Below, piece by piece: positions 1 to 13,460 of a stretch of 64,000 nucleotides of DNA. Source of the stretch: Dicyema japonicum (Eukaryota > Animalia > Dicyemida); the NCBI GenBank assembly GCA_011109175.1, contig RDEW01000015.1, positions 77,277 to 141,276 on the forward strand, written 5' to 3'. Each line of letters opens with the position of its first letter. Positions within the stretch are counted from its first letter, which is position 1. Position numbers and translations under genes: made by a program. Under the pieces are notes generated by a model. It did no database searches, was not told where the DNA came from, and saw only the letters and a program-made list of their open reading frames with translations.

Positions 1-1396
1 AAATGTCTAGAAAGTAAAAGATACAAGAGGATACTGACATCTAAAATTGTGGCCTTTGCTGCACATGGGAAGCTACAAATAATATGGGGAAACTAAAAAA
101 ATAATATATTAATATAAGGGTTTCTCAAAGCCAATATATATCTTGTATTATTGCACCACGTGACTAGTTGGATAATAAACACTGTGATCATTTAAACTTT
201 AATATGAGCACGTGGGTACACGAGGGTGAATTAACCAATGTTATACATATAAAACTATGTGAGACATGCAGTAAAGAAAATTATCACAAATGCACTTTTA
301 TGAGTAATGGACCTGGTAAGGAGTCATTCACTTTCAGTTTGACAGCCATTGTGACTATTCTTGACACCAAAAGAAGTGGAATCAGATACACAAAGTTCCT
401 TCTTCCAGATCGACTCACTAAAGAAAACCCGAGTAACTTTTCTCATAAAAGAACTTGACATTGCTTCTTCAATCTGAACAAGAAATCATAAGATATCTGA
501 CGTCTTAGTGAAGCTTTTGGAGTTAATATTAAAGATAACTAATTCCTGGTGACGTTGTGATAATCATAAGATATTAGTTAGCATGACCCAATTGGCTTTA
601 TCCTAGTACTCTCAACTAAATCTATTTGTCGTTCTGTCAGAGAGGGAAGGAAGTTCACTGATGCAAATCTGATTGTAAAATCTAAATTAACATATAGAAG
701 GGAGCTACAGGTATTGTCAGACTTCCAAGGTTGTATCGAGGTCTATGGTGGTACCTAAGAGACCGTTTGACATGTGTGGCATAAATACGGAAGATGTATT
801 AATAGAATCCACCCTTCCTCTCAAAAAAGACAACTTGCGTACTCAAACAATACAGCTTGGGAATTGAGAAAGTTATGGCCTATAAAGATCACATTGGATG
901 ATTCGCCCAACTCATACAGGTCCAGACGTAAAAACGGTTAGAACTGCCTTGCAAGACTAGGAAGAAGATATGAAATGGGGACTAATTCCTGAACTTCAGC
1001 ACAAATATTGAAAGAACTCAAGTATGTAATCAATCTTTTAAATACTGAATATATCAAAGATTTACTACATGTGGTGGACATTGTCCTGAGATGAGGTGAC
1101 CTCAGTTCTTAGAATTATGTAACCAATCTGCTGATGGTGGTCGAACAGAAATGTCGTTATTCTATTAATGGAGTCTGAAGACCTGACAATCACGGATAAT
1201 TGAGTCATCACTAGGGCAATTTAAGTGCTAAAATGCTATTTTTATTATTTATACTTTTTTAAATATACGATTGAATTTGGAATAATTATTTTTTAATTTT
1301 GTTTAAAAAAACATACATTATAAATGCTATAAGTGCTATTTTTAATTTTAAATGCTAATTTTTGTTTAACTGCTAATTTAAATTGCAGTTAATAAT

Positions 1397-2049
1397 GTGT
1401 TTACGGATTCCGAAATTCGCGGAGCACTCTTTCGGCTGAATAACAACAGAGCAACTGGCTATGACAATATTTGTGGGGAGTTGTTAAAATACGCACCAAC
1501 CCAGCTAGCAGAAAAGATAACTTTCATATTCAACAAGATATTCAGGACTCATTGTTCAATTGACATCGCGATGGGAGTTCTACTTCCTTTACAAAAACCT
1601 GGCAAACCTGCAGGTCCAATTGAAAATTTCAAGGCGATCGTGCATTTGACCACTTTGCGAAAAACATTGTCGATTACAACATGTTTTTCGAAAAGATGTG
1701 GAGTATTTGGACTCGCAGAAAACTTATCTCCTTAAATCTTCGGATGCGCTTATATAGCGCGTTCATACAACCAGTCCTATTATATAACTCGGGAACATGG
1801 GGAACATCAAAAACGGACCGTGACTGACTAGACACATTTCATAGAAATCAATTGATAAAAATTGCGGGAACTAAATGGCCACAGATTATCAAAAAAGACA
1901 CTCTCTACAAATTATGTAAATGCAAACCGATAAGCAGAGAAGTAATTACCTCACGCTGGCTACTTATCGGACATGTTCTGAGAATGGACGAAGTGATTCC
2001 TTGCAATCAAATGATGGAAGATTACTATTATACAAGGACTACATTTTGA
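1397..2049 (+). mobile_element. Internally deleted RTE-like LINE fragment
   Basis: RT domain 0-2 motifs (ATGYDNICGELLK, PLQKPGK) join almost directly to post-RT motifs (IQPVLLYNSGTW, RWLLIGHVLRM); the RT core is missing. Confidence 0.8.
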
Positions 2050-2329
2050 TAATGACAAGGCAAATATCAAAAATTATATAAATAAAAGAATGGAGGAAAA
2101 TGGATTTAAACTTATTATTGAAATGACTGAACCAAAAATTAGCTAACAAGATTATTTTTCTCTTTCACGCTGTCAGGCATCCTATGCATCTGTTGAAAGA
2201 GCAATTAAAATGCTAAAAAATATTAAAAAAAAAGATAGGAACTTCCATCCAGACAATATCAGGCATTAACTTTTATTATATTACAATAAATAAAATTGAA
2301 AAAATCCCATTTTTAAGTGATGAAAGAAC

Positions 2330-2790
2330 ATTTAAACAATAGAAGTCAGGTAGTTGCCGCCCTCACTGCGTGGCTGTTCCCTCTCAAAATTGCGAGCGAA
2401 ATTCGCTCAAATAACCAGCGGCGTTCACGGAAATCTCCAGTCCATGAGGTGATCCGGTTTCCAAGACGTCCGAGAAACTCGAGTGTAGAGGGGGAGTAGG
2501 ATCCGGAAATCTCCATAGCAAGGGGAACAAATTTGACATCATCGGGAAGGTCGACGTATTTAACAAGTTTGGCCTTCTCCGCCTTTACGGATGCTGAACA
2601 GGCCCTTGTAGCACTCTCGTGAAGATTTTTCTGAGCAAACGTGTCTGTACATGTCACATCCCAAACCAGTGGTTTCCCGGCCTCAAATGGAAATATGGTC
2701 ATCCGGTCGTTTCCCGTCACTTCTGCATAACCCGACCGGTTCAAGAATGGCCGAGTATCCAGCGGCATCCATAGCTCGCCTGACAATTTC
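2330..2790 (-). mobile_element. CRE-like non-LTR retrotransposon, 3' (RLE endonuclease) fragment
   Basis: GKPLVWDVTCTDT ... PLAMEISG ... WLFERISLAILRGN. Confidence 0.85.
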
Positions 2791-4379
2791 ATTCTTCCAA
2801 ATAAAATTTAAATGTTATATTTTATTATTTTAAGTTATAGATTTGACAAATTTAAATGCTAGATTTTATCATTTTAAGTGCTAACTTTTTTAATTATAAT
2901 TGCTAGATTTTGTGATTTTTTAGCGCTAAAAAAATTTTTTTTAAGTGCTAGAAACAACTTGCCCTAGTCATCACTCACCGTGTTTTGACGATTGATATCC
3001 ATTGTGGAGATATATTTACTCGAAATCTCTTAAAACTTGCTCAGATGAAATTTTTTGACGATATAAACTCAGAATTTTAGGTTCGGCTGATAACCAAATA
3101 TGTTGATGAACACCTCCATGGGAAGAATTATCCTTGATATTTTGCCATTAATCAAAAAAAGTCCACATATAGAACCAGTGATCTTATCCCTTATAAAATA
3201 GCAACAGAAAACCAGCTGTTTCAGGAGACATTTAGTACCCCAATTACATAATTTAGTGGCAAGATAACCTATTTATTAGTAAACCTACGGTCATTGATCA
3301 GAATAACGTCTCACTAAAGTATTATTAATTTTATAATGTCTCATTTATTATCTCTTGAACAATTGTGAGTTTTACAAGAGTAACTAGTGATATAGTCTGT
3401 AAGCATATAATAGACCTTTCTTCCAAACACACGAGTATATTCAATATATTCGACCACGGGCATATATCAACTTTATGTTGTGAATATTATAAGTCAAACT
3501 GACTTTATGAACAATATACACAACTAATGAGCGATATTTGGTGATAATTAGAGCAATTTGTGCAATAAAATTCCATTTTTAGGAAAGGGTATATTTTATT
3601 AATGAGTTAAATTATATTAAAAATTATTAAAAATGTTTACTTTTATGAACTTATAAATGCCATTTTTGATTTCAAATGCCATAATTCGTTTTAGTTGCCA
3701 TAAGTGCCATTTTTTACTTTTAATTATTTATTGAATAAGAATATTGGGTTCTTTTGGCAATCTTTATTTGATCGCAAACATATGAAGAAACCCTTTCGAA
3801 TTTTTCCATCTTCGAATTTTAAAGCCTTATGAGTATTTTTATCAAATTGCTTATTCCCGTTCATTCCACTAGCCGTTTAAGTTTGCTAAGTTGTTACTTA
3901 AGTTTAGTGAGTGTGCTTAAGGCAATTTCCAAAATTTGAAACTTTAGCCATTTGTTTTTCCTCCACTGGAAGGCCACAAGGTGATTCACTTGACATGGAG
4001 GAGAGCAAGCACTTAGCTACTAAAAATAACAATGTCCTAAATATGACAATTTCCGCCCTAATGATAATATTTCTTTGTATATTTCTAGATAAACGTTGAT
4101 CTACTAATTAATCATCCCATAACACGTGACCTTCGCATGTCAATAATAACACACGTGGCATTAACATATTCAATTTATTTACTTATTTTATTTACATAAC
4201 CCAGGAAACATAGAGAAAAGGTAACAGTGAACTAACCAGTTGGGTGATCCTGGTCTCCATTATCAGTGATGATGGATGGCAGAGGATATGTTTCCTCTTC
4301 AAAAAGGCGTATGAGAGAGGGGTGTCTCATTTTGTAAATTGGGATATTTGCCTCCAAAAATGCTTGTGTTACTTTCATA

Positions 4380-4807
4380 GCCCAACGTTTCTGAGTATCG
4401 GTTATCTCGGAAGTTAATGTTTGCGAACTCTGAGATTGGTTGGACTCATCTATAATTTTAAACTCAGAAAAATACTGTGCCCTTTCAAATGTTTTTTTGA
4501 AGAACGATGTGCATCAACAAAAAATTTTTTGTCACATCGTACAACTGTTGAGCAATTGGAACAAAATAAATTCCCATCCTCATCAATTACAAACTCTGGG
4601 TAATTTTTTGCATAAAAAGAAGTTTTCTGTGCGATAGTCCTTTTACCAATACCCATCACAACAAACAAATATACCACGTTTTATATTTTTAAATTATTTT
4701 ATTTAAATTATTTTTTTAATTTATTTGAAAAATAATTGCAAAAATTGCAAACTGATAAAAGGTTGTGAAAAATTGCAATTTATGCAAATTGGCATAATTA
4801 TCACTCT
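4380..4807 (-). mobile_element. DNA transposon 5' remnant encoding a BED/CGGBP1-like zinc finger
   Basis: LFCSNCSTVVRCDKKFFVDAHRSSKKH (C2H2 BED-type); upstream AATTGCA subterminal repeats. Confidence 0.6.
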
Positions 4808-5154
4808 TCCCATTTTCATCCTCTGCTTATCAAATGATCCCATCACTTCCCGAAAATATTTGTGCTTGTGCCTACCAGGAAATCAATGGGCGACGGATGT
4901 ATGATGAAGACCTACCATTTTTCTGATCGTGGACAAACATAGTGGATTCATGTTTCTTGTCAGACCGGATGAATCCCCAGCCTCCCTCCTTATCGACCAC
5001 TCCGATAGGAGAGTGTCGAGTGGGGTAGGTTCGATGCGGTAGCAGGCTTCTATTTATTCTACCCTATAACTAAGAACTATCACAAAGTTGACCAAATTCA
5101 TAAATAAAACCATATTTATTAGAAATGACAGATTTACCAAAAATAACCAATATA

Positions 5155-5799
5155 TTAGATAACACGTGTAAGCTGTGATTTAATTCTACTGAGACCATCA
5201 ATTATATTTGTTAGAGAATCATGATCGAACTCTACGTTGATGTCATCTGACCCACGTGGGGTAGACAACCTCCAAAAGCAAATATGATTACTTTTAGATT
5301 CAGAAGACATGTGGGTTTCAATATTCGTGAGGATTTACTCGAGGACATTTGCATGTCAACTCTCCAGTCAAAGTCCACGAGCCGATTAGCACACACTGTC
5401 TAATAATCGACAAATACAGTTGTTTCTCTGTTCTGTCCACGTGGCTACATTCTGAGTAATCATATTCCACAACAGTTTGCCCAGCTTCTTGTCTTCAGGA
5501 GAATCCGGGAACAAATCATTGAAATCCTGGAATAAGGAAGGATCCTTGATAAACAAGTTGATTAAGAGCGCAGTTTGTCGGAGGATCTAAGGTTAGAGAG
5601 ATAAATACAGATTGTGAGTCCCCCAAACTGATATTAAATAGATCTGAGTAGAATTCGTTCATTTTGGGAGGAAAATTAGAGTTGTATTGTACGACTTCGT
5701 TTAATAGGGTTAGTAATGATTCCTTTGATGGTGCCTTAGTATTAGATTAGTCACTACATTCGATAACAGTGATAGGACGGTCCAATCTATTTTATCCAT
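5155..5799 (-). CDS. COMMD9: COMM domain-containing protein 9 (5 exons)
   Basis: Manual splice with introns 5735-5757, 5587-5608, 5396-5417, 5270-5291 (22-23 nt). Protein MDKIDWTVLSLLSNAPSKES...RLVDFDWRVDMQMSSSKSSRILKPTCLLNLK...NVEFDHDSLTNIIDGLSRIKSQL. One 1-nt phase discrepancy at the last intron. Confidence 0.85.
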
Positions 5800-6654
5800 T
5801 ACGTTAGGGATTTTAAATTAATTCAATTTTAATTACTTTATTATTTTTAATAAATCAAACCAAATTAAAAATTAAATTTTAGAAGATTTGTTAGATCTGT
5901 CGTTGTCATTTGAGTAGTTTAATTAAATTACTTACCTTTGCCCAGAGCAAAGAGAGGTTGACCACTATTTATAATTTATCAGAACAACAATGAACTATGC
6001 TGTTCTTTCCTGGGATCCCTGTTTATCAATAACAAACTTCGAAAAAATACACTCAAAACTCTGTTCTAAGAATAATTACCGGCTGTCTAAAAACGACACC
6101 AACCGACCACCTAGACTGAGTTCTAAAACCAAAAATTCTCTCAATTAGGGACCATTTCAAGATGCTGTGTCTAAAACAGAGACACCCAACTCACTGCCTT
6201 TGAATCTCCACAAACAAAAAGAGAATTATTACGTTTGGTCATGACTTGAATTTACATTTATATCTGTACAGGGTTGGAAAATCGTCCTCTCCTTATTCTC
6301 ATCGTTCCGTATTTTTAGAGGCTCTTTTTTGGCTAACCTCGATCTTCAAGATATTTGTCCGAGTGATGAATGGGCCCAGATATCACATGCGTAAGAGATG
6401 CAATGTTTCATTCAATGTTCCTACACCTTCGTGTTATATTTGGAAACTTTGGAAGTGTCATTTGATCTTCCATTTTCATCACAAGAGCCTCTAAAGGAGT
6501 TAGTATTAACAACGAAGTGGCGAGCTTTGTAAGTCCTTGTGATTGCTTTAAAGTCATCGATCTTTTTTAGATTTTTATTATTATGATTTTTTAAACGCAA
6601 ATTTTTTTTAAATTTTAAAATAAAATTTATTTTATTAATCTAATTTTTTATCTA

Positions 6655-7434
6655 ATGTACTCCAAGTTATGTGTAATTTTATTGATCCTTATTTTTTTGA
6701 AAATATCCATAAATAACAGCATAAAGGAGATAAGGAATTTGAAAAATATTGAATTACTGGATAATGACTTTAGGTTTTTTTTTGTTCCTAACGAATTTCT
6801 ATATTGCAAAATTCCCAAAGTTGGGTCTACAACAATGTTGCAATGGTTTTACATTAAAAAATTCGAAAAGACTCATCGAATAGCGAAAATAGAATTATCA
6901 AATATTCATTCACTTAACCTATGGATCGATTACTCACAAGTGAAATATATTGGTTCCCATAGCAACATTAAAAAATATATTATAATCAGGCATCCAGCTG
7001 AGAGATTAGTTTCAGCATACCAAGATAAATTTCTGGACTATTTACACGGATATATAGGATCAGATATAATTAAGAAAGAAATAACTGGGAGTCCGAATGG
7101 TAATATTACATTCGAACAATTTCTTTCTTATTTGATTGATCGGAAAAAATATTCCTCACTATTTAATGAGCATTGGAGACCAATGACGGATCTATGTCTT
7201 GTGGAGATTATTGAATATGAGTACATTCAGTTAAAGGACTTGAACCAATTTATTGACAAATTACAGGAGAAATACAAATTTTCGGATTATGATTTTTCGT
7301 TGATAACGAAAGTCACAAAACCAAATTCAAATGCTGAAATATATTTTGGAAATTTAACTAAGAAAATGAAATTGGATTTCTACAATCTTTACAAAAAGGA
7401 TCATCAACTTTTTGGATTTACTCCGTATTTATAA
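6655..7434 (+). CDS. Carbohydrate sulfotransferase (Sulfotransfer_2; CHST8-14/HNK-1ST-like), type II membrane, intronless
   Basis: N-terminal TM segment; 5'PSB YCKIPKVGST; 3'PB IRHPAERLVSAYQDKF; NEHWRP; C-terminal LYKKDHQLFGF. Confidence 0.92.
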   Translation: MYSKLCVILLILIFLKISINNSIKEIRNLKNIELLDNDFRFFFVPNEFLYCKIPKVGSTTMLQWFYIKKFEKTHRIAKIELSNIHSLNLWIDYSQVKYIGSHSNIKKYIIIRHPAERLVSAYQDKFLDYLHGYIGSDIIKKEITGSPNGNITFEQFLSYLIDRKKYSSLFNEHWRPMTDLCLVEIIEYEYIQLKDLNQFIDKLQEKYKFSDYDFSLITKVTKPNSNAEIYFGNLTKKMKLDFYNLYKKDHQLFGFTPYL

Positions 7435-8129
7435 AATTTACAAATATTTACACAAATTAATTGATAATTTCCTGATTTATAATACTAAGTTTGTTATTCT
7501 GTACAGAAGTGTGTCTATCAATATAATAAAATACAAGTTGAGAGCAACACAACACATTTAGCTGTCTCCACTAAATTAGGAGGTAGTGAGTGCAAATAAC
7601 AGTGTAATCCTTCCACTGGAGTAGGTGACTGTGAGTGAACTGTCCAGGTAATTCATAAAATAAAAATGGATTAAGTATATTGATTACATTTGTAAGTTAA
7701 TTGCGATCATAATATTCCCTAATAGTACATTTAATGATTTGGTGTACCATCTTCGGACTTAATGATTGTCATCAAAACGTCCAGTCTAACTGAATCTAAC
7801 GTAAACCTATAGTGTTATAGTAGGCAGTTCTTGTGATTGAGACCCCATTCTCTCACGATTTGTATGAGAATGCACTTAATCAACCATCTCTGTCCAACTT
7901 TTTATTTCTATCAAACCCGAGGGCACATAGGATGAAAAACAATATGGATCCTAAATCCCCAATGATTGCTCTCGAGAATGATATGCCTTATTTAAATCAA
8001 TGGTTTTCTTGACAATTTTAGAAACTGTGGAAAAGTAAAAACTGTGATCTTTAAAAAATTTAATTCACAAAATAATATGAAGATGCTAATAACTTTGAAA
8101 ACTTCATCATTTTGATTTAAATTGAAGTC

Positions 8130-9420
8130 AGTCAATTATTTGCACATTCGTATCCATGACGTTTCGGTTCCACGTGATATTTAGAACTTCGAGTCCTCCT
8201 GCTATAAGTTTGCTCATCGCCGCATGCTTCATGTTATTTCCGTGCTCATCGACAGGATATGAGTTAAATCCATTAACTTTAATTTTTTTGATGCATCTGC
8301 AGTTGTGGCCACCCAGACGCATACTCCTATTCCCGTGAAGTCGTTGTTCAGATGTGTCCCGAGTGTTGATCATGGAAGAGCCCTGAGCTACACTTCGCTT
8401 TAATTTGATGATGTGGAGGCAAAGGATTAAAGACAATACAAGTCCAGTTCATGTCTGATCTTTTCAGTGGTGTTAAGCATATCAGTTAGCCCAACCTTAT
8501 TTTTCAGAGTTCTTTGGGGATACAATGTTTAGAAGCGTCCAAAGTTCCCGAGTCATGAATTCTTGCGGTATAGTCTTCAATCCGTATGGGTAGTATAGGA
8601 TCTGGTTCCTGAGACATTTATCAATATTGACGAAGGAAGGAAAGCCGGGAAGGATAGATCTAGTCGTTAGTAAATACAAATTCTCCAAAAAAGTGGTTAG
8701 CTTACGGGCGTAAAGCAGTATCATCAGAAGATATGTTCAGACTTTTCCATAAACGACCTTTACGTCTCGTCGACGGTATTCAAGAAGTCATACCTAACGA
8801 AAGAATAAACGGCGTGAAATGAAAATTATGCAAAAAGAAAAGCGTAGTATGCTTATTAGAAAGAGTAAAATTGTAAGTAAAAGTAGTGAGGAATCATCCT
8901 TCGTAAGAGAATCATGTGAAACAAAAGAAGCCGAAAAGATGCTGTCTTCAGCATTGATGGCGGATCGTTGGAGAAAAGCAGATATCGTTGATATCGTTAG
9001 AGTAATGTCTTCTGTCGACCATACATGGTTATTCCTTGCATTTGTAAGGATTTTCATCCAGACCGAATGGAGAAGGGTGTAACTGACATCCCACTAAAGT
9101 TTCCTTATCTCCACCGACATTTATCGGTTCTCTGACTGTGGAAGCGGTGATGTCTATCCTTGAACGAGTAGTAGGAGGGTCTGAAGGGTTATGTGGTTGA
9201 TATTGTGTATGAATATTAATGTGATTCGAATTATGAAGTGACATGCTTCAATAACAAACGACTACGGATGTCTGGCCTCACTATTGAGTGCTCTAATGAA
9301 TGATGCTTATCACGAGTTGCAACGAATTCAATAGTCAAATGACTGACGCCTCACATCCATGCGTAACCTCAACCCCCAATTGTGCACAATCAATAGTGTC
9401 TCATAATTTAAATTATGTGG
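8130..9420 (-). mobile_element. Highly degenerate APE-RT LINE remnant
   Basis: SRIDIT endonuclease-like motif near 9150; elevated GC; broken frames. Confidence 0.4.
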
Positions 9421-10480
9421 CCATCAATTTTCTGGTTATTTTTTCCATTACAAAGTTTTGTGTCACTTTTGAGAACTTTAGAAGGAATTGTAGTATATTC
9501 TAATAATTTATGTCATTTTTAAATATTAATATTTTTAGATCTCAGAAGAACTTTAATTTTTACATTTTTCATAACGATTAAATTTCCAGTTAGTTTTTAA
9601 GTTACCCCGGCCTCACTAATTTGTAGGCTAGCGGTTATTATGTAAATGGAAGCTAGTGCTGGCCACTCCCATAGATTAAATACTTTTATTTAAAATTATG
9701 ACAAATTTTTTTATTTAATAATCAAAAATAATAAAAAATAATTAAAAGTAATTTAAAATAATAAACTTTCATAAAAAATAGTCACGTGGGATGCTGTGGA
9801 TGAGTACTTATGATAATCCAGAGATGAATTAGGCTTTAAATGATGAATCAATGACTTTAATGACGTGAGAATTTGTTATTTCAATCAATTAAATATTATT
9901 TCATAGGATTAAAAATAAATACTTAAACTTTCTTAACTATTTCGCTTCCTCAATCAATTCTTTCTTGTTTATTCGCGTTAAAAGCCGTCTTTCTTTTTTG
10001 TCATAAAATTTGCAGGTAGTTTTATCGACTTTCATGCCACCATCAACATCCCTGATGTCCCTTCAAATTAATTTTTAATTAAAAAATTATTTTATTTACC
10101 TTTTTTATTTTAATAAAATAAACTCAACTTTTAGAAATCGGTTTTTTAATTTGCCGTAATTTTTCATATTTAAATTCTCGTTTTCTCATTCATGGCGGTC
10201 ATTTCTCGAGATTTACCTTTCTATTATTCAAAATGAACAAATCTGACAACTCCCGTAACCCCCAGTAGTATTATAAATTATTAACATTTAAAATTGCTTT
10301 GATGTCCTTTTGAAACATCAGGAGTTATTTTTGATAATGACTCCAAGGTCACGTGGGCCTCATTATATATTTTACTTTGATAAATAATTAAGCAGGCAGG
10401 GCTTTAAGCGATCAGAAAATGACTCCTCAGACTCTGAGACTCCGTTGATTGAAAAGGATGTGATTGACAGCTCTCACAAG

Positions 10481-11071
10481 ATGACTAAAAGTGACAAAAA
10501 ATCAAGTTCAATGTTTTCTGATTCTAGGGAATTTAAAACGAAGGAGAATTTCGTACAGCAAGGAAATTAAGGACATCTTTCTTTCCTTCTTTCAAAAGAC
10601 AAAGTTCCCCGACTCCTTAATTCGGGAGGAAATTTCCAACAAGACTGGCATCACAGAAGACCGAATTATTGTATATTTTTGTGAGATTTCAGGTTTGGTT
10701 TAAAAACAGAAGAATGAAGGAAAGCAAGGAAAGTAAGGAAAAGTCCAAACCCACCAATCCTGGGATTACAAATGCGAATTACATTTTCCAGCAAACAAAT
10801 GCCAATTTAAATAATCAGTTCTGTGAAAGTAACTACTATGGTGAAAACTTGAATGTTTATAATCAGAATATTTACAACTATCAGCCAGAAAACTATTATA
10901 TTCCATATTCCCACGTGGATCAGAGATATGGTTGCCCCCAATATCAAAATTTGTACGATCAAAGTGTATATCCAAATACTACTTGGGGAATCAGTCTGAC
11001 GGACAAGATCAGTATTATTCTCAAAAGTACTACCAAAATATTATTACAATCCATTTTTCCGTTTTGATTAG
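10481..11071 (+). CDS. Divergent K50 paired-class homeobox protein (Otx/Gsc-like)
   Basis: 22-nt introns at 10506-10527 and 10671-10692; the second is at the canonical PRD position before VWF. Homeodomain KRRRISYSKEIKDIFLSFFQKTKFPDSLIREEISNKTGITEDRIIVWFKNRRMKESK. Tyr/Gln/Asn-rich tail with probable homopolymer indels. Start codon uncertain. Confidence 0.85.
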
Positions 11072-13244
11072 TTTGGTCAATTTATATGCTTTTGTAATGT
11101 TTATTTACTATTTCTTGGTTTTACTAATTCATAAAGTCACAAAACCAAACAAGATTTGCGACAACTACATGTCCTTTCTATAGAGACATCCAAGATTCTC
11201 GTCCACGTCGGATAGGGTTTCCCCATGTCGGTCTGGGGTCACTTAGTTAGGAGCTTTCTTTCCTTTAACCCAGTGATCCTGGGGGTAATAATAATCTCCA
11301 CTAAAGTTATTTAGGGGATAGGGGTATGAGTTAATCAGTTCGTTGTAATATCTTCTTAAAGGTTAATAAAATAAATATTTCTATAAAACCAATGCTATAG
11401 GATTTCAAAGCACGTGTCTAATGTAGTAGGTTTACTGGACTACATGTTAAAAGACTCTCATCTAAGAAGAGCTAGAGGATATTATAATAACGATATTTTG
11501 TGTGTAAAGTAAATTATAAAACTGAATATTTTGTAATGGAAACAGAAAATGATTAAATTTGGTTAACCGAATTGGATGATCTGTCAATCAAAACGTCCTT
11601 GAATGGGTTCTCAACGTGGTTCTGGGTAGACTCGTATATTTTGGAGTTCCCGAGAACTGGTTGTTTACTGTTGACATGTTTCTCAGTATATCCGGTTAAT
11701 AAAATAGACAAAGAAGTATTGGTTTCAATGGAGCTATGACTGATTCAGTGATAAAAACTTTATCAGTTTTAATAGTTTTGGAAAATTTTATATAATAATT
11801 TTGAAATATTATACATGACCTTCATTAGGATTAAATTTCATAAATATAAGCTTTTAACCACAACAAACAAAACAAATTATTTAAATCATACAACTTGATT
11901 AAAATTATTTTTTTCTATTTCACTCCAGAAAACATAAATATTCTTTACACTTTTGTTGGCTTCCATCGGTCATGTAAGTTCATTTAATTTATTAACCCCT
12001 AAACCACAGGAAGGAGGGTAAGAGTTATCGTCTAATTAAGTGATCGGTATCTTTCCCTAGCTTCCTTTTGCGATTGGAATCTAGGAATAATCTCTATAAA
12101 AGGGAAGGGTTCTTGTCTTATCTTAGGGTGCTTCCAGGGACTATTCAACGTGAGAAATCCTTGAAGTAATCATTACTGTGTGACAGATACCTTTAGTATA
12201 TTTTAACATTTTGATAGTCATAAATCGGAATGGTGTAATTTACAGCTTTTACAAAATTATAAGAGAAATAAGACATACAAATCTTATATAAAGGTACTTT
12301 GGCTATTAACATAGGGTAAAAAATAATTCGTCCACAAGAACAAGTTGGAATAATTGTAACATTTAAACATTTTAGTGTTAATACCAAAGTTTAAAAAAGA
12401 GACTCTATCCTCAAGAAATTTGAGAAAACGCGAAATTTTGCTCTAAAGCTTGCTTATGAAATAAATCTTCGTATGCCAATTCCCTTATGGTTGTAAGGTA
12501 GAATGTGCAAGGTTGGCGGAGCTATTGAAAATCTTATTAGAGGTTACAAATTCGCACTAAAGTATCTGGCACTTATCTTGAGAGATTACCCTGTGAATTT
12601 ACGGATTTTTTGGGAGAGACTGTCGGGGTAAAAGTCGGTTGGAATGCCCTACCGTTCATATTACTTCCCCGTCACTGAATTTACAGTGCTTTTTCTTTAT
12701 AATAACTTACTTATACACAGTACTCCTACATTGGGTGGCCGAGATTTTAGTTAAGTTAATTACAAAAAAGTAGAAATTGCTACGGAAAACAAAACCCTGA
12801 ATTTGACAACATCACTCAAAATTTTTAGACTGCTTAATATTATTTTCACAAACTGCGCTCTTCAATTTGCGACAAGACTATTGATTCCAATACATAAAGC
12901 AAAAAAGAGTAGCCAATCGTGGAAGACTTAATTTTACTGAATCACTGAGAAAGGTTTCGGCAAATAATGTGTTTGAACAGATAATAAGGCCGGAAAATAA
13001 ATACTTGTTTTTAAGTCAAATTGGATTCCATAAACAGGGAACTACCGCTGGTATAGTCTAGAACCATAGATGGGGTGTGAAACACATCAAAGATACAAAA
13101 CGGTACCAATATTTTGAAAATAGACTCATCGGGAGGCTTCGACGCGATTAAGGTACGGAACAATACATAGACAAGTCCAGTTTAAGAATTATCGGAATTT
13201 TTCTGTCAGATACTTAAATTATCCATAAAATTTGTGACATACAC

Positions 13245-13390
13245 AGATACCCTCAGGGAGACTCCTTCTTATCTCTCTTGCCCATCAAATATTTAGAAAC
13301 CGCCACGAGGAAACTCAGAGCACTACACCAAGGATATATAGAAGTGATTTATGCAGACAACGTCAACCTAATCTCTGAAGACGTGTTAGC
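13245..13390 (+). mobile_element. RTE-like RT core fragment
   Basis: TPQGDS...YLETATRKLR...EVIYADNVNLISED, close to the ORF at 44368. Confidence 0.7.
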
Positions 13391-13460
13391 TTTTCAAATC
13401 TGTTTAGGAATGATTATTACAACCAGACAAAGGTTTAGTTTTGAAAGACGTTCTTTAAGA

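Larger units (their letters stand above)
1212..2966 (+). mobile_element. Non-autonomous hAT-like DNA transposon with two nested retroelement fragments
   Basis: TIRs TAGGGCAA (1212) / TTGCCCTA (ends 2966). Perfect 8-bp TSD GTCATCAC at 1204-1211 and 2967-2974. Subterminal AA(A/G)TGCTA repeats. Transposase C-terminal remnant (SVERAIKMLKNI) near 2190-2290. Confidence 0.85.

Noticed and set aside
1-1200. Possible gene or LTR-element remnant (also 2975-3500, 7500-8000, 36470-37150)
   Set aside because: Coding-like composition, but stops in all frames and no recognisable motif, even allowing for tiny introns.
6655-7434. Intronless sulfotransferase as horizontal transfer or retrocopy
   Set aside because: Catalytic domains of this family are commonly single-exon in animals; no poly(A) or TSD seen.
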